20,000 nt of DNA from an uncultured virus (IMG/VR IMGVR_UViG_3300032322_002907) (IMGVR_UViG_3300032322_002907), one strand, 5' to 3'; shown: positions 1 to 8,197, numbered from the stretch's first letter. Notes: a model not told the origin generated them from the letters alone. A program made the numbers and translations.

Positions 1-1
1 C

Positions 2-271
2 AAAGATTGCTTTCCAATCATACCCCGAATCTTCTCTTTCTTTCTTACGATTGGCTTTGTAGTTCGGAAACACTGATCTGCGCCAGTAAGTGCGATTGTC
101 GCAAGCGATTACAATGTCACCATATGTTGCACCAAATTTTTGCTTGTACCCGCGAATAGAATTTAGAATCATATGGCGAATGAGAGGGAGGTTAATCTCA
201 ATGTCTTTGCGACCTCCCAATTCAGCCATCAAGTTTGAGATGGCTGTCTGCGAATAATCAATTACAATCAT
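2..271 (-). CDS. rnh: T4-like RNase H / 5'-3' exonuclease, N-terminal part (runs off the window edge)
   Basis: Hand translation from ATG at 271: MIVIDYSQTAISNLMAELGGRKDIEINLPLIRHMILNSIRGYKQKFGATYGDIVIACDNRTYWRRSVFPNYKANRKKKREDSGYDWKAIF. This has the typical IxIDY start, IACD and WRR..FP.YKANR motifs of T4 RNase H/FEN family. ATGA overlap with the upstream gene. Not in the supplied ORF track. Confidence 0.93.
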   Translation of the reverse strand, partial: MIVIDYSQTAISNLMAELGGRKDIEINLPLIRHMILNSIRGYKQKFGATYGDIVIACDNRTYWRRSVFPNYKANRKKEREDSGYDWKAIF

Positions 272-1329
272 TTAATAGTCCTAACGATTAGAGTGTCTGC
301 ATTAAGGCGACCGTTGACTTCTACTTGCACTGCTTTGATGTTGTCCATAAATTTACGAAGCTGAATCTTGCCTGCACTTAGTAGATCCTTAAGTTGTTCA
401 GCAGGTTTACGCAGAGTCTTTTGACAAGACATCTCAGGATCGTAGTTTTGCAAAGTTGTACCTTTGACTTGAATCCCCAAGGCGCTGTCAGTTCGATATA
501 CAGACAGCTTTCGTGTTTTTGTATTGAACAACCAAACCTGTTGGGCACCAACAATAGTTGTAGGTGACACTGAAGTGATCTTCAAATCATCATCTTTAGC
601 TTTGTACTTTAGCGTTTTTACTTGTTGTGTCGGAGGCTTGACTTTCTTTTCGCGAGGTTTACGATTAGCTTTTTTGTATGAAGAATACTTTTCAGCATCC
701 TCAACAAACGTCGCTAGTTTCTTAATGAAAGCAAGAAGGTCCTTCTTTCGAATGTTTGAATAACCTTCAACAAGGTCTTTGTCTGTGCCTTCATAGGCGC
801 TGATGAGTTCCTTCAGCTTTGTCTTTGTCCATTCTTCAATGTTAGGCCCGATAGTTTGAGGCATCTGATTTTTCTTCAGGTCCTCGAGCAAAGAGAATGA
901 TTCTTTGGGGTTCTTGAATAGTTGGTCAAAGACCCCTTCAAGTTCGCCAATGTAAGCATTAATTTTATTTTGCGTAGCTTCTTGAATAGAGACACGTGGA
1001 GTGTTTGTCGTAACAGGCACAGACTTCTTTGCACGATTCAATTGTGCCAGATATACGTTTAGTTTGTCAACGTGCTCCTCGGAGAGGTTTGCTCCTTTAT
1101 TGCACAAATGTGCAATCCACCCCATCGTGGGAACAATATCAGAATCAGTCACACCTGAAATAGTAATGCCTTGCTTCTTTGCATACTGTTCAATGTAATT
1201 CCGTGCATCCTTCTTATCCCGTTCGAAATTAAACCAATTCAAGGCACTGACTAGTTTTGCAGTGTAGTCATCTTTAGATACATCGATGGATACGAAGTTG
1301 GGTTCAGAGGATGCGACGGCTTTACTCAC
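268..1329 (-). CDS. conserved T4-like phage hypothetical protein (353 aa), upstream of rnh
   Basis: Long ORF with GTG start overlapping the upstream stop (GTGA) and ATGA overlap with rnh. C-terminal motifs (I.GAQQVWLFNTKTRKL, VKGTTLQNYD, KTLRKP, NGRLN) resemble a protein commonly found next to rnh in T4-like phages. Confidence 0.8.
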   Translation of the reverse strand: MSKAVASSEPNFVSIDVSKDDYTAKLVSALNWFNFERDKKDARNYIEQYAKKQGITISGVTDSDIVPTMGWIAHLCNKGANLSEEHVDKLNVYLAQLNRAKKSVPVTTNTPRVSIQEATQNKINAYIGELEGVFDQLFKNPKESFSLLEDLKKNQMPQTIGPNIEEWTKTKLKELISAYEGTDKDLVEGYSNIRKKDLLAFIKKLATFVEDAEKYSSYKKANRKPREKKVKPPTQQVKTLKYKAKDDDLKITSVSPTTIVGAQQVWLFNTKTRKLSVYRTDSALGIQVKGTTLQNYDPEMSCQKTLRKPAEQLKDLLSAGKIQLRKFMDNIKAVQVEVNGRLNADTLIVRTIK

Positions 1330-1610
1330 AGTGTGATCCTTACTTGTTTGATGGAATCATATCGTACAGAACGCCACTCACCAATGTCAATATCAACAAG
1401 TGAAATAACTTCATCGTTGGGCACTTTAGTTCGACCCGTCTTGCTTTCATAAACAGGAATTTTACTTTCCTCAAGCGATGCATTCATCACCCGCTCGCTT
1501 CCGTCAGTTTTCGTAAAGGTCAATTCGACGCCACCCATACGAAGCATGCTTTTCAACCAATCGCGAAAAGCTAGTTGGTTGTCCTCATCCCAATTAGTGT
1601 ACTGGTTCAT
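1326..1610 (-). CDS. WYL_2/DUF2693-like small Sm/SH3-fold protein
   Basis: FTKTDGSERVM...L and D...EWRSVRYDSI motifs typical of this T4-like phage family; coupled to neighbours by 4-bp overlaps. Confidence 0.7.
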   Translation of the reverse strand: MNQYTNWDEDNQLAFRDWLKSMLRMGGVELTFTKTDGSERVMNASLEESKIPVYESKTGRTKVPNDEVISLVDIDIGEWRSVRYDSIKQVRITL

Positions 1611-1837
1611 AATCCATACCTTTCTAAAATTTTGTTGTGAATACCTTCAACCAAATGACTGTCAATATACTCAGCGCAATCTCGAATTAGAAGTTCAACG
1701 AATGCATTCATCTCCCTATCATATTGTGCTGCCCAATCAATCACTGCACCTTCAGGCTTCCAACCTTCATCTTCCCAAAAGCAAAATCCTGCTTCTTCAA
1801 GCAACTGCTTTATATTTTTGTGTTCAATAATTTGCAT
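1607..1837 (-). CDS. hypothetical protein (76 aa)
   Basis: ORF in operon context, ATG start, stop overlaps the next start. Confidence 0.7.
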   Translation of the reverse strand: MQIIEHKNIKQLLEEAGFCFWEDEGWKPEGAVIDWAAQYDREMNAFVELLIRDCAEYIDSHLVEGIHNKILERYGL

Positions 1838-1838
1838 A

Positions 1839-2012
1839 TTATTCTACCGGGGAAAGCATTTCAATGCCTTGAGAGATGAAAAGTTGATATTCCATTACGA
1901 GTTCAGAAGAATATTCGCCAAGATGCTCATGAATATATCGCAAAGCCCCACTTGCATCTAAACTATACACTTCACGTAAACGTTCGACTTCACTTAAAAG
2001 ACGAGAGAACAT
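1839..2012 (-). CDS. hypothetical protein (57 aa)
   Basis: Hand translation MFSRLLSEVERLREVYSLDASGALRYIHEHLGEYSSELVMEYQLFISQGIEMLSPVE*. It fills the gap between its neighbours with 1-2 bp spacing and has GAGG upstream. Below the ORF-track cutoff. Confidence 0.7.
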   Translation of the reverse strand: MFSRLLSEVERLREVYSLDASGALRYIHEHLGEYSSELVMEYQLFISQGIEMLSPVE

Positions 2013-2014
2013 TT

Positions 2015-2308
2015 TTACCTCAAGTAAAGATACCCACCTGACCAGGTAATATTCGTAGGATAATTATTTAGCAAGTTAAATCGCACATGCTTTGCAGGGG
2101 CATTCCAAGAGGCAGGCATGTAAACATCACCCGTTTTCATATCAACAAAAGCATGTACAGATCGGCTATTGTTATGAGTAACATTGATGATCTTTGCGTA
2201 CTTTCTTCCGTATTCTACTTCTGCCCAAAATGAAAGCGTGCCAGTGTAAGACGCTTCAATATCATTGACATAACGATTAATTGCAATGGTAAGATCAGGA
2301 GGCATCAT
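2015..2308 (-). CDS. conserved myophage hypothetical protein (97 aa)
   Basis: GRKYAKI...SVHAFVD.KTGDVY.PASW.APAKHVR motif seen in small early proteins of T4-like/cyanophage genomes. Confidence 0.75.
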   Translation of the reverse strand: MMPPDLTIAINRYVNDIEASYTGTLSFWAEVEYGRKYAKIINVTHNNSRSVHAFVDMKTGDVYMPASWNAPAKHVRFNLLNNYPTNITWSGGYLYLR

Positions 2309-2311
2309 GAT

Positions 2312-2557
2312 TTAAGCTCCGATTGTTTGATAGTAGCCATCCGCTGTCACGCGAAGAGCAGCATCTCCAGCAGTACCTCGCCGATACAGAGGACCACCAG
2401 TAAAGTAGACACAAGCCTCATTACAGACATCGAACATATTTGGATGAATCCAAGCATCGATGGGAAGTTTCCAGTGTTCTGGATTTTGAATGAGTTTAAA
2501 AGCGTCATTCAATTGCCCATGAGTGTAGCCAAGACGACTTACAATTTGGTCATTCAT
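2312..2557 (-). CDS. hypothetical protein (81 aa)
   Basis: ATG overlapping the upstream TAA (TAATG); operon context. Confidence 0.7.
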   Translation of the reverse strand: MNDQIVSRLGYTHGQLNDAFKLIQNPEHWKLPIDAWIHPNMFDVCNEACVYFTGGPLYRRGTAGDAALRVTADGYYQTIGA

Positions 2558-2805
2558 TAGATTAGATCCACTTGAACATCGACGGAAGTACGTTCCATGC
2601 GATCATTGTAGAAGGTACTGGTATAAGCAAACCCGTTGATTTTCTCGCGAGCGATATGCTCTAGAGCATTCCAAGCAGCAACCCGCTGTTCAGTAAAACT
2701 CATTTGAGTCATACCCTCAACAGTAGTGACAAAACCGACACCGTTGACAATCACACGGACAGGCTGGGAGTTTTTCAGACCACGAATCACTGAACGAGTA
2801 CGCAT
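2557..2805 (-). CDS. hypothetical early protein (82 aa)
   Basis: Start reassigned to ATG 2805 (MRTRSV...), preceded by a purine-rich GAGAGAGATAGAG leader and a promoter at 2837-2864. Confidence 0.7.
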   Translation of the reverse strand: MRTRSVIRGLKNSQPVRVIVNGVGFVTTVEGMTQMSFTEQRVAAWNALEHIAREKINGFAYTSTFYNDRMERTSVDVQVDLI

Positions 2806-2836
2806 CTCTATCTCTCTCAATCAATCAACAAAATCA

Positions 2837-2864
2837 ATTATACATCTACTGGCGAAAAGTGCAA
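2837..2864 (-). promoter_or_regulatory. sigma70-type early promoter TTGCAC-N16-TATAAT
   Basis: Minus strand reads TTGCAC TTTTCGCCAGTAGATG TATAAT in an intergenic gap, oriented toward the small-ORF cluster. Confidence 0.7.
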
Positions 2865-2868
2865 CCGG

Positions 2869-2886
2869 TGTTGCACAGAAACAACA
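2869..2886. promoter_or_regulatory. palindromic operator-like site TGTTG-N8-CAACA (copy 1)
   Basis: TGTTGCACAGAAACAACA just upstream of the -35 box; a near-identical copy lies at 3464-3481. Confidence 0.65.
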
Positions 2887-3081
2887 TTATTTCCAGGCAG
2901 AAGTAGTCCCGACCGAGACTAGGCATTCCAGTTCTTCACGAGCTTCTTTCTCAGTGTCAAACCCCGAAGAATCGTAGCTTCCATCATAGAGCTTAACGTA
3001 ATAACCACCTACTCCGGGGCTGTGATCTAGATCCAGACCATACTCACCCTTACCTTCAACGATGAAAATCGCCTTGTCCAT
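2887..3081 (-). CDS. hypothetical protein (64 aa)
   Basis: ATG preceded by AAAAGGAG Shine-Dalgarno; same strand as neighbours. Confidence 0.7.
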   Translation of the reverse strand: MDKAIFIVEGKGEYGLDLDHSPGVGGYYVKLYDGSYDSSGFDTEKEAREELECLVSVGTTSAWK

Positions 3082-3096
3082 TTCCTGCTCCTTTTC

Positions 3097-3411
3097 TCAG
3101 AAACTGTTCAATGTAGGAGAAAGTTCAGTAATCAGTTGACGTTCTCGCTGATGGGCATTCTTACGTCCTCGCACAATCTCCAGCACCTGATAACGCCAAG
3201 ACGTGTCTTGCTGGGCCCGTAGAGCCTTGCTGAAGGCCCAATCTTTGCCGTCGTTGAGGGCAGCAGAAACATGTTTCTGCCAACGAACCTTGACGGAACG
3301 CAGATAGGCTTGCCCTTGTGCAACTGTCAGACCCACGTAAGTATCGCCAGTAGATACGTTAGTGATCTGATAGAGCACGTGATTTCTGTCGGAACGTCGT
3401 TTTCTCATCAT
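3097..3411 (-). CDS. small GIY-YIG family nuclease (104 aa)
   Basis: VLYQITN..TGDTYVGLT, R(W)QKH, E(R)..I and LN motifs of the GIY-YIG catalytic domain; no C-terminal DNA-binding extension. Confidence 0.8.
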   Translation of the reverse strand: MMRKRRSDRNHVLYQITNVSTGDTYVGLTVAQGQAYLRSVKVRWQKHVSAALNDGKDWAFSKALRAQQDTSWRYQVLEIVRGRKNAHQRERQLITELSPTLNSF

Positions 3412-3417
3412 GCTTAC

Positions 3418-3445
3418 ATTATACAGAAGCTGGATAGAATGTCAA
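3418..3445 (-). promoter_or_regulatory. consensus sigma70 promoter TTGACA-N16-TATAAT
   Basis: Minus strand reads TTGACA TTCTATCCAGCTTCTG TATAAT GTAAGC ATG. Confidence 0.85.
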
Positions 3446-3452
3446 GCAGAAG

Positions 3453-3461
3453 TTATCCACA
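3453..3461 (+). promoter_or_regulatory. perfect DnaA-box consensus TTATCCACA
   Basis: Exact 9-mer between the -35 box and the palindrome in a 70-bp intergenic region. It is a single copy, so function is uncertain. Confidence 0.35.
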
Positions 3462-3463
3462 GG

Positions 3464-3481
3464 TGTTGCAACAAAACAACA
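3464..3481. promoter_or_regulatory. palindromic operator-like site TGTTG-N8-CAACA (copy 2)
   Basis: TGTTGCAACAAAACAACA, upstream of the promoter at 3418-3445 and directly after the stop codon of the upstream gene. Confidence 0.65.
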
Positions 3482-3886
3482 CTATTTTCTGAGGGTTTTT
3501 AGGTGAGATCCGTGGATTCTACAGTGGATTAAATTGTTGTACCACTCGGTCGGATATTCTAGAACCCTTCGATCTATTTGTTCACGCAATTCAAGGTAGG
3601 AGAGCTCACCCTTCCCAAAGCACAAATGCACGATTTCACGCTTAAAATTTTCTTCACCGAGGTTTTTTACATCTTGTTTTAGTTCATCTGATGAGGACCA
3701 ATAAGTTTTCCAATCTGATTCAACCTTAAATCGTTTCTTCTTACCTTTTACTTGTTTAGTCCTTGACGACCAAAATAATTTCTTTCCTATATATCGTCGA
3801 TTTGTTTTTAAACAGGTAATCAGATAAACAAAACCCACATACTTATCAATTGATTCTTCAAATTCTCTATTCTGATATAACCACAT
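3482..3886 (-). CDS. denA: GIY-YIG endonuclease, T4 endonuclease II (DenA)-like
   Basis: GFVYLIT...RRYIGKK, ESDWKTYWSSS, FKREI, E(L)REQ and WYN motifs; located downstream of the nrd cluster as in T4. Confidence 0.7.
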   Translation of the reverse strand: MWLYQNREFEESIDKYVGFVYLITCLKTNRRYIGKKLFWSSRTKQVKGKKKRFKVESDWKTYWSSSDELKQDVKNLGEENFKREIVHLCFGKGELSYLELREQIDRRVLEYPTEWYNNLIHCRIHGSHLKTLRK

Positions 3887-3907
3887 ATTGATCCCAAATC
3901 AATATGT
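3883..3907 (-). promoter_or_regulatory. RNA hairpin sequestering the start codon of the DenA-like nuclease
   Basis: Perfect 10-bp stem ACATATTGAT-TTGGG-ATCAATATGT. The 3' arm contains the ATG at 3886 and the 5' arm contains the upstream TGA stop at 3899-3901. Confidence 0.65.
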
Positions 3908-4051
3908 ATCCTCCTCCTCATGGTCTTCTAATTCCTCTTCTAATATTTCACCACAAAACGGACAAAATTCAATTTGAAAAATCTGAGGTTCTAGTTTAAA
4001 TGAGATTTTAAATTCAGCGTTACACGCCATACAAACAAACTGTTTTTGCAT
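3899..4051 (-). CDS. small zinc-ribbon protein (50 aa) with acidic tail
   Basis: Hand translation MQKQFVCMACNAEFKISFKLEPQIFQIEFCPFCGEILEEELEDHEEEDTY*. Has CxxC...CPFCG and a GGAG SD. Absent from the ORF track because of its size. Confidence 0.85.
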   Translation of the reverse strand: MQKQFVCMACNAEFKISFKLEPQIFQIEFCPFCGEILEEELEDHEEEDTY

Positions 4052-4059
4052 AAGGTCTC

Positions 4060-4527
4060 CTAGATTTGTGCGACCTCAACACTACATTTTTTGAGAAATT
4101 CTAACCCCTGTGTACTTCGATATGTATTTCTATAAAACACACTTTTAATGCCCGAAGTAAAAATCATTTTTGCACATTCAATACAAGGAGCATGAGTGAT
4201 AAACATAGCGGCGTTCTCACCTGACTCAGATGATCTTGCAAGTTTTGCGATTGCATTTGCTTCCGCATGAATAACTTCAGGTTTAGTTTTAAGTGAAATT
4301 GTGGTGACGGGCATGCCGGGACCCCCTTGGTCAAGAAAACAAATTTCTGTTTCTGAAATTTCTGTTTCACAATTGTTATCCCAACCTGCAGGTGTTCCAT
4401 TATACCCGATACTAATTATCCTATCATTCTTTACAATAATACAACCCACCTTCAATCGTCTTGCATATGAAAGTTCTGCATATGTTTCAGCGACTTTCAT
4501 ATGTGCATCAACCATTTTTGTTTTCAT
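4060..4527 (-). CDS. cd: dCMP deaminase
   Basis: IISIGYNG, HAEANAI and PCxxC zinc-deaminase motifs. Start set at ATG 4527 (ATGA overlap with the nrdB stop). Confidence 0.93.
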   Translation of the reverse strand: MKTKMVDAHMKVAETYAELSYARRLKVGCIIVKNDRIISIGYNGTPAGWDNNCETEISETEICFLDQGGPGMPVTTISLKTKPEVIHAEANAIAKLARSSESGENAAMFITHAPCIECAKMIFTSGIKSVFYRNTYRSTQGLEFLKKCSVEVAQI

Positions 4528-5513
4528 GCAGCCTTTCCCCAAACCTCATCCCATGTCCCGCTCATCGCCCCCTTTGCATAATCAGTTGCACGATTCTCAA
4601 AGAAGTTAGTGTGTGTTGGAGCATTAATCATTTCCTCAACCCAAGGCAAAGGATTCTTCTTTACTTTCATTATACCCTTGAGACCAAGACTAATAAGGCG
4701 GCGATCAGTAATATAACGAATATAACGTTTAACGTCATCAGCAGATAGGTTATACATATCGCCCATGCCAAATGATAAATCGATAAAACGATCTTCGAGG
4801 TCAACCATTCTTGTTGCAATAGTATAGATTTCAGATTTGAGAGTATCGTTCCAAATTTCACGATTTTCCTCGATATAAGTTCTAAACAATTTAATCATTG
4901 ACTCAGCGTGCATTGTTTCATCAACGATTGACCACGTTACAATCTGACCCATGCCTTTCATCTTTCCATGTCTTGGAAAATTTAACAGCATGATGAATGA
5001 GCTAAACAATTGCATTCCTTCAGTAAATGCAGAGAATAGCGCGATATTCTTCGCAACAGATGCAGTGTTTACAAGCCCGTTAGACCCATTCAAGATATAA
5101 TCGTGTTTATCACGCATTTCTTGATACTCAAGAAACTGATTGTATGTGGTTTCAGGTAAACCAAGCGTCTCAATGAGATGACTATACGCTGCAATGTGCA
5201 ATGCTTCGCGCGCCGCGAAGCCAGACAACATCATACGAATTTCTGGCTGAGGAAAATGAGGAAGGTAATTACGAACGTAACCACCAGCAACGTCAATATC
5301 TCCTTGCGTAAAGAACCTGAATATGTGCGTGAGGAATTCTTTTTCATTTTGCGTAAGTTTGTTTTTCCAGTCTTTAACATCTTCAATCATCGGAACTTCG
5401 GTATGCAACCAATGTGCTTGTTCATGTTTTAGCCAAGCGTCATATGCCCACGGATAACTGAACGGTTTAAAATGTAATCTTTCGTCGGTAAGTCTAAGTT
5501 TCTTTTTAACCAT
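4524..5513 (-). CDS. nrdB: ribonucleotide reductase class I beta subunit
   Basis: FFTQGD, E(AL)H(IAA)Y, FTEGMQLFSSF, DETMH and NFFE motifs (diiron ligands plus radical Tyr). Start set at ATG 5513 (MVKKKL), overlapping the thioredoxin stop. Confidence 0.96.
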   Translation of the reverse strand: MVKKKLRLTDERLHFKPFSYPWAYDAWLKHEQAHWLHTEVPMIEDVKDWKNKLTQNEKEFLTHIFRFFTQGDIDVAGGYVRNYLPHFPQPEIRMMLSGFAAREALHIAAYSHLIETLGLPETTYNQFLEYQEMRDKHDYILNGSNGLVNTASVAKNIALFSAFTEGMQLFSSFIMLLNFPRHGKMKGMGQIVTWSIVDETMHAESMIKLFRTYIEENREIWNDTLKSEIYTIATRMVDLEDRFIDLSFGMGDMYNLSADDVKRYIRYITDRRLISLGLKGIMKVKKNPLPWVEEMINAPTHTNFFENRATDYAKGAMSGTWDEVWGKAA

Positions 5514-5748
5514 TTGCCCACTCTTTAATTTGATTTGGTGAATGAACGCCGACCAATCTTTTTTCAATCGACCCATCCTTTAACACCAATGTCGGCACTG
5601 AACGAATTGCGTATTCTACAGCCATGTCTTCAAATACGTCAATGTCGATAACTTCAACCGGAATATCAAGATTTGCTTGTTCCAAGTTCATTGACAATGC
5701 CTTACACGGTTGACACCATGAGGCAGTAAAACGATAAATCTTTTTCAT
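5506..5748 (-). CDS. thioredoxin
   Basis: FTASWCQPCK active site and SVPTLV cis-Pro motif; 80 aa. Confidence 0.93.
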   Translation of the reverse strand: MKKIYRFTASWCQPCKALSMNLEQANLDIPVEVIDIDVFEDMAVEYAIRSVPTLVLKDGSIEKRLVGVHSPNQIKEWANG

Positions 5749-5757
5749 ATAAATCCT

Positions 5758-6396
5758 TTACTTGGTATACATTACATCTGTTGTATCACCTAAACGCCAT
5801 TTCGGATTCGTTTCAACAACATATTTTTTTGTACACACTTTGAAGTCAGGAAACAACATTTGTTTAGGATTGCTTGCTGCATCAAAGAATATGCACCGAT
5901 TATTTGGTTGTGCTGCGTATTGCCCATTATCAAGTTCAATAAAATTAAACGACTTGTGATCTTCAGGCCACTCGCTATAACTTGTATCAATAAGGTTTAG
6001 ATCGGGACTTGCATTATCAACAGTAAACAAATAGTTTCCCGAGTATGTTTGTTTATCTTTTGCATAGAATTGGCATGATAAGTTTCGAAGAAACGCTTTC
6101 TGCATGATTGCAATATTATAACTGAAACAGTCCCATATTTGCAATGTATCCAACGATAAAAAGTCATCAGGACTTAAATCATCTTTTCTATGGACAAATG
6201 CATTTAGAGGCAACTTGTCATATAGTGCACCATACCGAGGAAGGTATGCTTCAATACGAAACGCTTGACTTCTTAAACTTTTTATTGACACCCAAATACA
6301 CGGTTCATATTCGCCGTGACCTTTTTCAAAATCATAAAGGAATTCACGGCGAATGTAACAATGCACAGGGGGTAGATTGGCAATTAGAAAAGACAT
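5758..6396 (-). CDS. conserved phage hypothetical protein (212 aa) between nrdA and trx/nrdB
   Basis: Start reassigned to ATG 6396 (MSFLIANLPP), 1 bp after the nrdA stop. Conserved-looking motifs GALYDKLP, LQIWDCFSY, EDHKS and NGQYAAQPNNR. Confidence 0.8.
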   Translation of the reverse strand: MSFLIANLPPVHCYIRREFLYDFEKGHGEYEPCIWVSIKSLRSQAFRIEAYLPRYGALYDKLPLNAFVHRKDDLSPDDFLSLDTLQIWDCFSYNIAIMQKAFLRNLSCQFYAKDKQTYSGNYLFTVDNASPDLNLIDTSYSEWPEDHKSFNFIELDNGQYAAQPNNRCIFFDAASNPKQMLFPDFKVCTKKYVVETNPKWRLGDTTDVMYTK

Positions 6397-6397
6397 A

Positions 6398-8197
6398 TCA
6401 TCCCTCGCAAGCCAAACATTCTTCGCCCAGTGCAAGAGCCTTTAGATCGACTTCTTGAATCACTTGTCTTTCAATCTTGTTCGATACTTTATCTGCCTTG
6501 CTGATTTTTTCTGACCTACAATAGTAAAGTGTTTTGAGACCTTGTTTCCATGCTTGAAAATGAACTGCATGAAGATATTTTACACCTACATCTGGACGGA
6601 AAAAGAGGTTAATGGATTGTGCTTGGTCAATGAAACTTTGTCGCTGACTTGCGTGCTCCACAACCCATCGCTGGTCAATCTCCATAGACGTTTTGAATAC
6701 GTCCTTTTCCCAGTCAGACAATATGTCAAGGTGCTGTACTGATCCATCGTTTGCAATAATACTTGACCAGATTTCTTGATAATCCAATCGCTTGTCAGCA
6801 TCACACTTCTCCTTGATTATTTTGTCTAAGAACTTATTCTTGTTAAGATGAGCCCCTGATAGAGTATCTTGGCGATAAGCATTAGCACGATAAGGCTCGA
6901 CGGAAGGACTTGTGTTACCCATAATAATACTAGAGCTAGCGTTAGGGGCGATAGCCATCGTATGTGAGAATCTACGTCCGGTTCCTTTGGCATCAGGAGC
7001 TTCGCCACGCTCTGAACCCAACTCCAAATTTGCTGCATCTAATTTTACTTTTACATTATTAAAAATCTTCTTGTTTACACTTACTGCGAGGGATGATTCC
7101 CAGGGGATGTTTTTCTTTTGTAGATATGCATGAAAACCGAGGGCACCAATACCAATAGAGCGTTCCATAGTAGCAGAATATCTTGCTCGTGATATGCTAT
7201 CAGGAGCATTATCAATGAAATACTGTAGAACGTTATCAAGCATCTCCGCCACGTCCCGAAGAAAAAGTTCGTTATCTTTCCAATCATCATAATACTCCAA
7301 ATTCAAAGAGGATAAACAACACACGGCTGTTCGATCCTTATCTGTGGGAAGAACAATTTCACTGCAAAGGTTTGATTGTTTTACACTTAGACCTAATTTC
7401 TTTTGAAAGTCAGGCAAGTGCCTGTTACTTGTATCGATAAAATGAATATAAGGTTCGCCCGTATGCATTCGCATCTCAAGAATGCGTTGCCAAAGTTCTT
7501 TTGCTGATACTACCTCGCGAACATCACCGTTATGAGGATCTTTCAATTCCCATGAATCATCGGCTGATGGGTCCAACATACACTTTTCAATGATTTGCAT
7601 AAAGTCATCGGTGATGTTAATCCCATGATGCAAGTTTAACGCTCGCATATTAGGATCACCTGTTGCTTTTCGCATTTCAAGGAAGAGATGAATATCAGGG
7701 TGGGAAACATCAAGATATGCAGCATAAGAACCACGGCGAGTGCGACCTTGACGATATGCCAGCGAGGAGGCATCGTAAGTACGCAAGTGAGGCATAACGC
7801 CAACAGACTTGTCATCAGCAGAACGTATTCCAATACCAATTCCAATTCCGCCTCCTAACATTGAAAGCCAGTTTACCTCTGAAAGACATTCCACCAAACC
7901 TTCTGCGCTATCATGGAGATAGGGTAGAAAACATGAAATAGGCAAGCCACGGCGAGAACGCCCAAAAGACAAAATGGGAGTAGAATAACTGAGCCAATGC
8001 TGACTGCTGTACTCATATAACCTTTGAGCGTGTTCCGGCGAGGAAGAGAAAGTTTTTGAGACATATGCGAACCTTTCTTGTGGTGATGTTTCATCCTCTC
8101 GCATATATGATTCTTTTAAACGCTTTAAACCCAATTCATCAAACAATGCATCTCGTGAATAGTCTAATACAATACCATGCAAAACATTTTTGCTCAT
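6398..8197 (-). CDS. nrdA: ribonucleotide reductase class I alpha subunit (short, no ATP cone)
   Basis: STP, ISC, QGRTRRG, SNLCSEI (thiyl Cys), VCCLSS, APNASSS, LYYCR and C-terminal CLACEG; uninterrupted. Confidence 0.97.
   Translation of the reverse strand: MSKNVLHGIVLDYSRDALFDELGLKRLKESYMREDETSPQERFAYVSKTFSSSPEHAQRLYEYSSQHWLSYSTPILSFGRSRRGLPISCFLPYLHDSAEGLVECLSEVNWLSMLGGGIGIGIGIRSADDKSVGVMPHLRTYDASSLAYRQGRTRRGSYAAYLDVSHPDIHLFLEMRKATGDPNMRALNLHHGINITDDFMQIIEKCMLDPSADDSWELKDPHNGDVREVVSAKELWQRILEMRMHTGEPYIHFIDTSNRHLPDFQKKLGLSVKQSNLCSEIVLPTDKDRTAVCCLSSLNLEYYDDWKDNELFLRDVAEMLDNVLQYFIDNAPDSISRARYSATMERSIGIGALGFHAYLQKKNIPWESSLAVSVNKKIFNNVKVKLDAANLELGSERGEAPDAKGTGRRFSHTMAIAPNASSSIIMGNTSPSVEPYRANAYRQDTLSGAHLNKNKFLDKIIKEKCDADKRLDYQEIWSSIIANDGSVQHLDILSDWEKDVFKTSMEIDQRWVVEHASQRQSFIDQAQSINLFFRPDVGVKYLHAVHFQAWKQGLKTLYYCRSEKISKADKVSNKIERQVIQEVDLKALALGEECLACEG

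Noticed and set aside
2869..3481. TGTTG-N8-CAACA palindromes as intrinsic terminators or LexA boxes
   Set aside because: The stems are short and weak with no downstream U-tract, and the motif differs from the CTGT-N8-ACAG LexA consensus.
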